Assembly: GCF_964213995.1 (NCBI RefSeq)
Contig: NC_135822.1
Coordinates: 59,830,001 to 59,894,000 of the forward strand
DNA length: 64,000 bases
From: Mustelus asterias
Taxonomy: Eukaryota
Reading direction: 5' to 3'
Below the pieces are notes generated by a model, which saw only the letters and a list, made by a program, of their open reading frames with translations, was not told the origin of the DNA and did not search any database. The translations under genes and the position numbers were made by a program. Each line of letters begins with the position of its first letter. Within the stretch, counting starts at the first letter, position 1. Shown here one piece after another: positions 23,489 through 33,890 of the stretch.

Positions 23489-23766
23489 TTATCCCCATAA
23501 CCCCATGCATTTACCCTAGCTAGTCCCCCAATCACTGAGGAGCAATTTAACATGGCCAATCCACCTAACCCGCACATCTTTGGACTGTGGGAGGAAACTG
23601 GAGCATTCCGAGGAAACCCACGCAGACATGGGGAGAATGTGCAAACTCCAAACAGTGGAGAGTGACAGTTGGTGTCTCACTGAGGGAGTGTTGCTCGGGC
23701 TGCAGTGGAGAGTGACAGTTGGGGAAGTGTGGGGAAGTTTTTTGTTTTCTTTTTTTCTTGCTGGTA

Positions 23767-24696
23767 ATGGCTTCAGGGATGGCAGTTCAGGCAGTATGCT
23801 GCATCTCCTGTGGGATGTATGTGGTGAGGAAATCCAGTAGTGTTTCAGGAGATTTTAGTTGTAAGAAGTGCATTAGATTGCAGCTTCTGGAGGAGCGTGT
23901 AAAGGAGCTGGAGGGGGAGGTAGAGGAACTCCGCATAATTCGGGAGGCGGAGGTGGAAGTTGATAGGAGTTATAGAGAAATAGTAACTCCTAGAAATGAG
24001 GCTTGGGTCAATGCCAGGAGGAGGGGTAAGAAGCAATCGGGAAGACAATCCCCTGGGGCGGTTCCCCTCCATAATAGGTTTTCGGTGCTGGAGGCTACAG
24101 TTGAGGAGGAATCAACTGAGCATAGAGAGCAGATCTCTGGGGGTGAGCCGAGTGAGAAAGCTCAGGTGGTTAGGGGCTGTAAAAGACTGGGCCTTGTGAT
24201 TGGGGACTCCACAATTAAGGAGACAGATAGGAGGGTCGGAACTAAAGGTAGGGACTCAGGGTTGGTGTGTTGCCTACCAGGGGCTGGGGTCCGGGATGTG
24301 TCTGACAGGGTATTCAGGACTCTTAGGGGGGAGGGAGATAAACCACAAGTTATTGTACATGTGGGGACACACGACATAGGGAGGATAGGGGAAGGGGATA
24401 TTAGGCAGGGATTTATGGAGTTGGGGTGGAAACTAAAGGCCAAGACTGACAGAGTGGTTATCTCTGGACTCTTGCCTGTACCACGGGATAGTTTAGAGAG
24501 GAATAGGGAGAGGGAAGGTTTGAATTCATGGCTGAGGGGATGGTGCAGGAGGGAGGGGTTCAGGTACTTAAGCAATTGGGGCTCGTACTGGGGAAGGTGT
24601 GACCTCTATGAGAAGGATGGTCTACACCTTAATCAGAAGGGGACCAATATCCTGGGGGGTAAATTTGCTAAGGCCATGCAGGGAGGTTTAAACTGA
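23767..24696 (+). CDS. CR1 ORF1: zinc finger, coiled coil, SGNH esterase
   Basis: CISC..CKKC, LEERVKELEGEVEEL, GDS, CLPGA, HVGTHD, DGLH; first ATG (MASG) at 23767. Confidence 0.92.
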   Translation: MASGMAVQAVCCISCGMYVVRKSSSVSGDFSCKKCIRLQLLEERVKELEGEVEELRIIREAEVEVDRSYREIVTPRNEAWVNARRRGKKQSGRQSPGAVPLHNRFSVLEATVEEESTEHREQISGGEPSEKAQVVRGCKRLGLVIGDSTIKETDRRVGTKGRDSGLVCCLPGAGVRDVSDRVFRTLRGEGDKPQVIVHVGTHDIGRIGEGDIRQGFMELGWKLKAKTDRVVISGLLPVPRDSLERNREREGLNSWLRGWCRREGFRYLSNWGSYWGRCDLYEKDGLHLNQKGTNILGGKFAKAMQGGLN

Positions 24697-27566
24697 TTCG
24701 GGGGGGGGGAGGGATCCTGAGTAGTGGGGCTGAAAGTGAGGGATGCATGGATGGGGACTGCAATGCACGGCATTGCAGAGGTGGGGTGGAGCAGGGTTTG
24801 AAATGTGTATACTTCAATGCCAGGAGTATTCGCAATAAAGTGGGTGAACTTGCAGCGTGGATCAGTACCTGGGACTTCGATGTTGTGGCTATTTCAGAGA
24901 CATGGATAGAGCAGGGGCAGGAATGGATGCTGCAGGTCCCGGGGTTCAAATGTTTTAGTCGAAGTAGGGAAGGAGGTAGAAGAGGGGGAGGGGTAGCATT
25001 ATTGGTCAGAGATTGTATCACAGTGTCAGAGAGGAGGTTTGATGAGGACTTATCTGTTGAGGTAGTATGGGCGGAGATTAGAAATAGGAGAGGAGAGGTC
25101 ACCCTGTTGGGAGTCTTTTATAGACCTCCTAAAAGTTCTAGAGAGGTTGAGGAAAGGATTGCGGAGTCAATCCTGCTTAGGAGTGAAAGTAATAGGGCAA
25201 TTGTTATGGGGGATTTTAACTTGACTAATATTGACTGGAATTGTTATAGCTCTAGCTCGTTAGAGGGGTCAGTTTTTGTTCAAAGCGTGCAGGAAGGTTT
25301 TTTGACTCAGTATGTAGACAGGCCAACTAGAGGTGAGGCTATATTGGATCTGGTGCTGGGAAATGAGCCAGACCAGGTGCTAGACTTGGAAGTTGGTGTG
25401 CATTTTGGTGATAGTGACCACAATTCGGTTACGTTCACCTTAGTGATGGAAAGGGATAGGCATGAACCTCGGGCCAATGGTTTTAGCTGGGGGAAGGGTA
25501 ATTATGAGGCTATTAGGAGAGAATTAGGAAACATAGGTTGGACTAGGAGATTACAGGGACTGGGAACGTCCGACATGTGGAGTTTTTTCAAGGAGCAGCT
25601 ACTGCGAGTCTGTGATAGGTATGTCCCTGTCAGGCAAGGAGGAATTGGTAGGGCTAGGGAACCGTGGTGCACCAAAAAAGTTTCTTTGTTGGTTAAAAAG
25701 AAAAAGGAGGCTTATGTTCGGATGAGACGTGAGCACTCGGGTAGTGCACTAGAAAGCTTTAGATTGGCTAAGAGGGAGTTGAAGAGCGAGCTTAGAAGGG
25801 CTAAAAGGGGACATGAGAAGACTTTGGCGGATAGGGTTAAAGAGAATCCTAAGGCGTTCTATAGGTATGTCAAGAACAGAAGGTTGGTTAGGGCAAGTTT
25901 AGGGCCAGTTATAGATGGCAGAGGGAAGTTATGTGTGGAACCGGAGGAGATTGGTGAAGCATTGAACCAATATTTCTCTTCGGTGTTCACGCAAGGGGAC
26001 ATGAATATAGCTGAGGAGGACACTGGGTTGCAAGGGAGTAGAATAGACAGTATTACAGTTGATAAGGAGGATGTGCAGGATATTCTGGAGGGTCTGAAAA
26101 TAGATAAATCCCCTGGTCCGGATGGGATTTATCCAAGGATTCTCTGGGAGGCAAGAGAAGTGATTGCAGAGCCTCTGGCTCTGATCTTCAGGTCGTCGTT
26201 GGCCTCTGGTATAGTACCAGAAGATTGGAGGTTAGCGAATGTTGTCCCATTGTTTAAGAAGGGGAACAGAGACTTCCCCGGGAATTATAGACCGGTGAGT
26301 CTCACTTCTGTTGTCGGCAAGATGTTGGAAAAAATTATAAGGGATAGGATTTATAGTTATTTGGAGAGTAATGAATTGATAGGTGATAGTCAGCATGGTT
26401 TTGTGGCAGGTAGGTCGTGCCTTACTAACCTTATTGAGTTTTTTGAGAAAGTGACCAAGGAGGTGGATGGGGGCAAGGCAGTGGACGTGGTATATATGGA
26501 TTTTAGTAAGGCGTTTGATAAGGTTCACCATGGTAGGCTTCTGCAGAAAATGCAGATGTATGGGATTGGGGGTGATCTAGGAAATTGGATCAGGAATTGG
26601 CTAGCGGATAGGAAACAGAGGGTGGTGGTTGATAGTAAATATTCATCATGGAGTGCGGTTACAAGTGGTGTACCTCAGGGATCTGTTTTGGGGCCACTGC
26701 TGTTTGTAATATTTATTAATGATCTGGATGAGGGTATAGTTGGGTGGATTAGCAAATTTGCTGATGACACCAAAGTCGGTGGTGTGGTAGACAGTGAGGA
26801 AGGGTGTCGTAGTTTGCAGGAAGACTTAGACAGGTTGCAAAGTTGGGCCGAGAGGTGGCGGATGGAGTTTAATGCGGAGAAGTGTGAGGTAATTCACTTT
26901 GGTAGGAATAACAGATGTGTTGAGTATAGGGCTAACGGGAGGACTTTGAATAGTGTGGAGGAGCAGAGGGATCTAGGTGTATGTGTGCATAGATCCCTGA
27001 AAGTTGGGAATCAAGTAGATAAGGTTGTTAAGAAGGCATATGGTGTCTTGGCGTTTATTGGTAGGGGGATTGAATTTAGGAGTCGTAGCGTTATGTTGCA
27101 ACTGTACACAACTCTGGTGCGGCCGCACTTGGAGTACTGTGTGCAGTTCTGGTCCCCACATTACAGGAAGGATGTGGAGGCTTTGGAGAGGGTGCAGAGG
27201 AGGTTTACCAGGATGTTGCCTGGTATGGAGGGGAGATCCTATGAGGAGAGGCTGAGGGATTTGGGATTGTTTTCGCTGGAAAGGCGGCGGCTAAGAGGGG
27301 ATCTTATTGAAACATATAAGATGATTAGAGGTTTAGATAGGGTGGATAGTGATAGCCTTTTTCCTCTGATGGAGAAATCCAGCACGAGGGGGCATGGCTT
27401 TAAATTGAGGGGGGGTAGTTATAGAACCGATGTCAGGGGTAGGTTCTTTACCCAGAGGGTGGTGAGGGATTGGAATGCCCTGCCAGCATCAGTAGTAAAT
27501 GCGCCTAGTTTGGGGGCGTTTAAGAGATCCGTAGATAGGTTCATGGACGAAAAGAAATTGGTTTAG
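24693..27566 (+). CDS. CR1 ORF2: endonuclease + RT (open in the -1 frame from the ORF1 end; first ATG at 24747)
   Basis: LKCVYFNARS, ISETW, GDFN, SDH, PGPDGI, YRPVSLTS, DFSKAFD, GVPQGS, FADD; no stop from 24672 to 27563. Confidence 0.93.
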   Translation: MIRGGGGILSSGAESEGCMDGDCNARHCRGGVEQGLKCVYFNARSIRNKVGELAAWISTWDFDVVAISETWIEQGQEWMLQVPGFKCFSRSREGGRRGGGVALLVRDCITVSERRFDEDLSVEVVWAEIRNRRGEVTLLGVFYRPPKSSREVEERIAESILLRSESNRAIVMGDFNLTNIDWNCYSSSSLEGSVFVQSVQEGFLTQYVDRPTRGEAILDLVLGNEPDQVLDLEVGVHFGDSDHNSVTFTLVMERDRHEPRANGFSWGKGNYEAIRRELGNIGWTRRLQGLGTSDMWSFFKEQLLRVCDRYVPVRQGGIGRAREPWCTKKVSLLVKKKKEAYVRMRREHSGSALESFRLAKRELKSELRRAKRGHEKTLADRVKENPKAFYRYVKNRRLVRASLGPVIDGRGKLCVEPEEIGEALNQYFSSVFTQGDMNIAEEDTGLQGSRIDSITVDKEDVQDILEGLKIDKSPGPDGIYPRILWEAREVIAEPLALIFRSSLASGIVPEDWRLANVVPLFKKGNRDFPGNYRPVSLTSVVGKMLEKIIRDRIYSYLESNELIGDSQHGFVAGRSCLTNLIEFFEKVTKEVDGGKAVDVVYMDFSKAFDKVHHGRLLQKMQMYGIGGDLGNWIRNWLADRKQRVVVDSKYSSWSAVTSGVPQGSVLGPLLFVIFINDLDEGIVGWISKFADDTKVGGVVDSEEGCRSLQEDLDRLQSWAERWRMEFNAEKCEVIHFGRNNRCVEYRANGRTLNSVEEQRDLGVCVHRSLKVGNQVDKVVKKAYGVLAFIGRGIEFRSRSVMLQLYTTLVRPHLEYCVQFWSPHYRKDVEALERVQRRFTRMLPGMEGRSYEERLRDLGLFSLERRRLRGDLIETYKMIRGLDRVDSDSLFPLMEKSSTRGHGFKLRGGSYRTDVRGRFFTQRVVRDWNALPASVVNAPSLGAFKRSVDRFMDEKKLV

Positions 27567-27949
27567 GTTGGAGGGTCACAGTTTTTTTTTAACTGGTCGG
27601 TGCAACATCGTGGGCCGAAGGGCCTGTTCTGCGCTGTAATGTTCTATGTTCTATGTTCTATGTTCCACACAGTCACCCAAACTGGGAATCAAATCCAGGC
27701 CCCTGGAGCTGTGAGGGAGCAGTGCTAACCACTGTACCACCGTGCCGCCCCTAATGGTTGTATATGAGCGAGAAGTGCCTTGAACAGTCATAGTAGGGTT
27801 TTGAGTATAATGTCCTGCTCAGGTATCAGCCATGGCAGAAGTCAAAACATGAATTACTGTAGTGGCTGCCTAATTCTTACATTCTACCACATTTACAATC
27901 ATTTGAGCAAGGAGATGCAGAAAATGTGTTTGGTTGTCAAGACCCTCGC

Positions 27950-28600
27950 ATCACCCATAGCCATCCCTGCCATTCTCCTGCTTCAGAGCTTTCCCACAGC
28001 TTGTCCAGAGACAGTCGATTGTTGGAGCCTTGCATTCTGACGTGATTCTGCAACATGATGGGTGAGCCTGGCACTGCAATCTTCCGGCACCTTGTCAGTT
28101 ATTCCGATAGTTGGGAGCTTTGTGTCAAGGTGGAGGATGCAGCAGAGCCTAAGTATGCCGGGGAATCCGGCTTCAGAGTGCTCAGGCACCATTGCGCAGG
28201 GCACTCAGATCTCCTATTGAATCAGGAGACTTCCTCCTCTCCCCCCATCAGTGACATTGTCACTCCTCCCACACCAACACGGGTTGCTGGCATCAGGACT
28301 CTCCCAATGATGCCCCTGATAGAACCCCGACATGCCATCCTTCACGACCCCCTCCTTCGCCCAGCCCTGCGTGCATCCCCCTTGGATGCCCCCCCCCCCC
28401 CCCCCCCCACCCGCACCCCCCCCTGATGAGCGTGGGAGCATCCTCATTTTTATGCTAAAAGGCTTTTCGCCCTTTCTGGATGCAAAGCTGTTCTCACTGG
28501 TAAAGAGGGGCCGGGAAATCGCGAATTGGATTTTTGGCCGCCCACGCAATTTCCCCAGCTTGCCATGCTGACCGACCAGTGCTGTGAGCCAGTAAGATTG
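27950..28600. mobile_element. GC-rich DNA-transposon relic, probably Harbinger
   Basis: Composition, C-runs and terminal GGATTTTTGGCC-like motifs resemble the other Harbinger-type relics here; weak evidence. Confidence 0.35.
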
Positions 28601-29814
28601 CACCTGATGAATCTTGACAAGACAGACATTGTGCTAGATTGGAGCACAGGATATCCAGAGTCCGAGGCTGAGTTTGAATTACAGGAGTTCTGCATGAGCA
28701 TAGAATTTAAGTCAAAATTCTTAATTAATTTCTTGTATGATTTTGAGATGTGCATAATAGTAAATTGGGACTTTTAAAAGTACTTGTGCTCTTGAGATCA
28801 ACAGTTGCAACAGTGAACAGTTGATCATCAAAAATGGCTGTTAAAAAAGGAAATGCATGTCTTGGTTAATGGAGAACAATTGTTGAAGTTTGTCTATCCC
28901 TATTTTGGTAGCATTCCTGTAAAGTTGTTGTGGATGGTTGATGTTTTATTTGTGGGTCAGCAACATAGCCCTAGTTTTATTTTAATATTGGGAATGAATG
29001 CTCCAGAAAACGAATTTGCAGCAATGGCAAAGGAGTTTTGCCTTGGCTACAGCAAACATTCATTGTTGGTGAGAGCAATGTTTGGTTTATTTTTAAATTG
29101 TTCATGGCTCATGGGAAAGTATCTCTGGTCAGTCTGTTTTATTACATGCATCAGATTACCATATTATGGTTTTGTATGGTTAAAAACCATGGTGTTCTCA
29201 AACATGTATTTGTTGTGGAATATCTTTCCAAAAATGTGCTAAATGATATTGAAATATCATGACTGAATATCCAGAAGTGGCTTTTCTTTAGATTAATTCA
29301 GAATATAATTTATTTACTGTAGAAACTCAGGCAAGGTTGTAGATTTCAAACCATTATAATTTATTAGAAAGGAAAATGTCCTTTCCCTTCTATGAATGCT
29401 TGATACAATTCTGCCAATTTCACCAAATACGCGAGGTTAAATTTCACGGAGCAAAGTGAATAAAATGGTTGATATTTGAACAGAAAAGGAAGGTACACAT
29501 TTCCAATAGTGGTACTAGCTATGGTATATGTGATTGTTCATTTGCTGTATTAACTTGACTGCCTTATGTTCACCTTAAAAATAGATGGTTAGTCACATGG
29601 AGTGGATAAGATATCTTACCAACATATTTCCCTATTTTTTTTAATAACCACTTTGGGACTTTGTGCCTTGTTTCTTTCCAATTGAGCTCTACAACCTACC
29701 AATCTGACAGTGGGTGAAATTTGATGCCTAGTTTCCCACTACTCTCATGTGAAAAGAGTTATCTTTAATGGGATCGAATTGATCAGAAATGCTCCATGCA
29801 ATTTTAAAAAATAT

Positions 29815-30205
29815 ATTCTTTTACGGGATGTGGGCTTGCTGCTAAGGCTTTCATTTGTTCCCTATCCCCAACTGTCCTTGAACAGAGGGACTTTCTCAGC
29901 CATTTCAGAGAGCACTTAAGGACCAACCACATTGCTGTGGATCTGGAGTCACATGTAGGCCAGACCAGATAAGGACAGCAGATTTCCTTCCCTAAAGGAC
30001 ATTAGTGAACTAGATGGGTTTTTATGACAATCAATGACAGCTTCATGGTTACCATTCCTGAGACTACCTTTCAATTCCAGACTTTGGTAATTGAATTTAA
30101 ATTCCACCAACTGCCATGGGGGGATTTTAATCCATGTCCCCAGAGGATTAGCCTGGGAATCTGAATTACTAGTCCAGTAACATCATCACGATGCCACCAT
30201 CACCC
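29815..30205 (-). mobile_element. tRNA-derived SINE whose tail matches the 50.8-51.6 kb LINE family
   Basis: Minus-strand head GGTGGCATCGTG..ACTGGACTAGTAA; tail GGGGATAGG..CAAATG..AGCC..CCCACATCCCG. Confidence 0.6.
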
Positions 30206-30339
30206 CAATTGAGTTGAATGTTTGTCTTATTGCAACCATGTAGAACATCAAATGTCATCATATTCCAATTGCTTATTTGCCATAAAGCTTTGTAGTTTGA
30301 AACATTTGATTCAGTTATAAATTCCTAGTAATCAACTTT

Positions 30340-30555
30340 CAAAGAACAAAGAAAATTACAGCACAGGAACAGGCCCTTCGGCCCTCCAAACCTGCACCGA
30401 CCATGCTGCCCGACTTAACTAAAATGCCCTACCCTTCCGGGGACTATATCCCTCTATTCCCATCCTATTCATGTATTTGTCAAGACTCCCCTTAAAAGTC
30501 ACTACCGCATTCTCTTCCACTACCCCGGCAACGAGTTTGAGGCACCCACCACCCT
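30340..30555 (-). mobile_element. CR1 3' end fragment
   Basis: AAAGAACAAAG..TACAGCACAGGAACAGGCCCTTCGGCCCTCC is near-identical to the copy A tail. Confidence 0.8.
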
Positions 30556-30867
30556 TGTAGTCAACTGCCCTAATATCTTCTGATGTGGCTCAGAGATTTT
30601 TCTTTGATCAAATTTTGTTTGATAACATTTCTGTGAAGCACCTTGGCATTTTTTATTATTTGTTAATTGGATGTGGGTGTCACTAGCAAGGTCAGGGCAG
30701 GTTTGACTTGGAAAGGAACCTGCAGGTAATGGTCTTCCTATATGTCTGCTGCCCTATTCCAGGTGGTAAAGGTCCAGCATTTGAAAGGTGCTATCCAAGA
30801 AACCTTTTCCTATATTGAAGTCACTCTCGATATGAAATTTGTTGTATTGGTTCCATGAAAACACCAT

Positions 30868-30994
30868 GGGCGGGATTTTAGGGCCTCGCTTGTCCCGAAA
30901 ACATAAAATCCCACCTGAGGTCAACGGATCTTTCCATGGTCCACCCCTCGCCCGCTCTGGTTCCCGTGGTGGGTGGGGCAGTAAAATTCCGGCT
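30868..30994. mobile_element. Short Harbinger-type MITE
   Basis: TIRs GGGCGGGATTTTA / TAAAATTCCGGCT; flanks CAT/AAT. Confidence 0.6.
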
Positions 30995-31409
30995 AATATC
31001 ACCCTACTAATTCTGGACCCATGCCAGAAATGATCCTGCTTATCAGTGGCAAATTAATCATAGTTTAAATGGTCACCTTCCAAAATCCTCTGTACATTAA
31101 GCAACATAATTCTCATGTTGTACATGTATAGTAACATTAAAAAAGTCTGATGTGGATTTCCTGTCAGAATTCTGAGGTGCTTTTTGATTCATAGTTTTCT
31201 CGCGCTTTCCCATCCCTATGTACTTTGTTATTGTGCAAACATACACAGATTCAAACGTATCAACTGAACCACATAATCATTTGAATAGCCAGCATGGAGG
31301 AGAACAGTAAAAGTTGCAAATGGAAAGATGAATGGTAACACGTTAACAGCTGAAATTAGAACTATTAGCCCTAAATTGGGGAGACTTGATTGTGCAGCAA
31401 ATAATTATC

Positions 31410-31745
31410 AAAAGAAGACTTGCATTTATTTTTCACTTTTCATGATCTAAAGACATTTAAATATAAAATCAAAAATGTACTTCTGAAGGGTCATCGTTGT
31501 TGCAATATTGGAAAAGCAGCAACCAATGTCTGCATAGCAAGGTCCGACAAACAGTTCAGTGATAAGACCAAATAATCTGCCTTTAGGCATTTGTTAAGAA
31601 TGACATTAGTTAAGGTACTCAGGAAAACTCTGAAATAAAATGTTCTAGGATATTTTACATCCATGCAAAAGAGCAAATGGGGTCTCAGTTTAACAGTTGA
31701 TTCCTCATACTGCACTTAAGGGAATTGAACCCATAACTACCAACC
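31410..31745 (-). mobile_element. Degenerate Deu-type SINE
   Basis: ACTTGCATTTAT start, GCAGCAACCAAT..CATAGCAAGG, TTTTACATCCA, GGTCTCAGTTTAAC blocks. Confidence 0.5.
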
Positions 31746-32519
31746 ATGGTTAGATTTCTTACCTTTCTGAACTTGGAATTTCCTACTTCTGCACTTAGAA
31801 CACAATCTTACTGGCCTGCTGCACCGGTTGATTGGCGTGGCAAGCCGAGAAGAGGCCAATAAGCTGGTTTGTGCCAGGCACAAACCGGTTTGACACTGAA
31901 CGCCATCTTCCTGGCCCTGGCAGTGCCCATTGCGCACCATAACTGTGCTATGGCAGTACCAAGGGATGGGGACTGAATGGGGGTGGGGCTATGATGGGGA
32001 AGAAGCAAGGGGGAGGAGCTCTGCGGGGGATATGCAAGGGGGTGATCGACAGACGGGGGTGATTGACAGCAAAAGGGAATGGGATTATGTCCAAAGACAT
32101 TTACACTTTAAAAGTGATTCAAGACCTCTACCTGCACCCTGCCAGAGAGCATGCAGAATGACTGCTATTAAATAACTGATATAATAATTTAAGCTTGGCC
32201 CATACATGTACAAACCGTCATGAACTAGGAAGCTGCAATTAAGTGGATGGAGTGCTTTCAAATGCTATTCATTTGTATCTGCACAGCCCATTCTGTATTA
32301 GTCAATTACTAAAGTATAAATATTTCATTTTAGTATTTTTTCATTCCAGAAAGGGCACAGATAAAGTGTAAAAAATGGAAAAATGGATCTCCAATATAAT
32401 GGATGTCCATTCATTGATGCACATTTCAGGTGGGTTTGAGACAAAAGTTCCATCTGAAACAAGCAGAAGCTGTACACAACATTCTTTGAAAAGAAACAGG
32501 AAGAGGAGTAATTTTGATG

Positions 32520-32885
32520 TGAATAGTAGTTATATTGTTTACAAATGGGCAGACTGAACATGAGAGAGAATACAGAAGAGATTTTGAAGATGTTGCCCTT
32601 AGTAGAGAGGTCAATAATCAGAGAACAAATATGTAATTAACAGCGGAAAACTTTATTCACCCCGAGGTGGTAGGGCCTAGAATTCACCATCTGAAGGGAA
32701 GGTAAAGGCAAAAATGCTCGCAGCATTCAAAAGAGTTTGGATATGCATTTGAAGTGCAAAAACCTACAGGTCTATGGATCAAGATTTGGAGAGTGGGATT
32801 TGGATGGGCTGTTCTTTTACAGCTGCCAAAGAAACAATGGGCTGAATGGCCTCATTATGTTCTGTAACTTTTTTATATTTCTAAG
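32520..32885 (+). mobile_element. Old CR1 3' fragment
   Basis: Degenerate RT end and ATGGGCTGAATGGCCTC tail. Confidence 0.55.
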
Positions 32886-33760
32886 AGTGACATGCTTACA
32901 GTGCTATTGAATTATTCACAAGGTCGTTCATAAAATCACTTAATTTCCCGTATCGCCAGTTGGTCCCTGTTCACAACATGATTACACTTGTTTCTTATTA
33001 GACACATACAACATAATGTGGGGATCCTGCAGATTTTTCCCTCTTTGTGTAAAATCCTTTAAAGGGACATCCTGCTATTTGCAGGATTATTTTAAAATTC
33101 CTTTTGTTTTTGGTTCTTTGCTCTCCTGGCGAGGTCTATTCTGTCTGTTGACAAAAATGACTCTTCTTCCTGCTGCAATAGTGCACTATGGCAAATTTAA
33201 TACTAGCAGATACCTCATTAATATGTGTCAATCATTGAAATTGGACCTAAAGCCAATTTTACCATCCCACTAGCCGAAACAACCATTGTGCTCATTTTGG
33301 TCAGTGTAACCTGCTGAACATCGAGCAATGGTCCCAAACAATAAATAACTTTCCTTTGTGTGGCCAGGAGGAGCAAGCACTGCTAGTTGCTATAAAGCTC
33401 ACAACAACCCTGAACTTTTGTTATCTCTAGCTCATTTCATGTTCCAATAGGGAATAATATAGCCAATCTGCAGTTTGCACGGCTCTCAAGCATATGACTG
33501 ATGAATTGTTTGCCACAACAGCTCCCTTCTCAATTTCCCATGGACAAATGAGAAAAAAGAGGCTCCTTGGTTTTGCCAAGATTGAAAGATTTCTTCAAAT
33601 ACCACTGCTACTCTTTTATGGTGGGAAAAGCTTATACTGGCTTGTCTAGTTTGGCTGTTTTCAATGGTCTCTTGCAATGCCAAGTGAAGAAATGGAACAG
33701 ATATTAGTGCATTCATTGATGTGCTCCATGGTCTGGGACTCAGGGCCACAATCACATATC

Positions 33761-33890
33761 TGGACCGGAATTCTCCGACTGTTCACGCCAGTGGGATTCT
33801 CTGGTCCCGCTGCTGTGAATGGACATTTGGCTGAGCGCCAAATTCTCCATCCTCAATTGTAGTGGCGGTGAGGCGGGAAAGTTCCTGCTC
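33761..33890. mobile_element. Short Harbinger-type MITE
   Basis: GGACCGGAATTCTCC..GGGAAAGTTCCTGC ends; internal sequence matches 45900-46007. Confidence 0.55.

Larger units (their letters stand above)
23651..27664 (+). mobile_element. Full-length intact CR1 LINE (copy B)
   Basis: 5' UTR with duplicated CAGTGGAGAGTGACAGTTGG; two uninterrupted ORFs; (ATGTTCT)n tail. Confidence 0.95.
23277..27750 (-). mobile_element. HE1-like V-SINE split by a mini-PLE and by CR1 copy B
   Basis: Tail and V-domain at 23277-23650; tRNA head at 27665-27750. Confidence 0.85.

Noticed and set aside
18110-27161. Many 60-147 aa ORFs antisense to or overlapping the CR1 ORFs
   Set aside because: Shadow frames of the purine-skewed CR1 coding strand.
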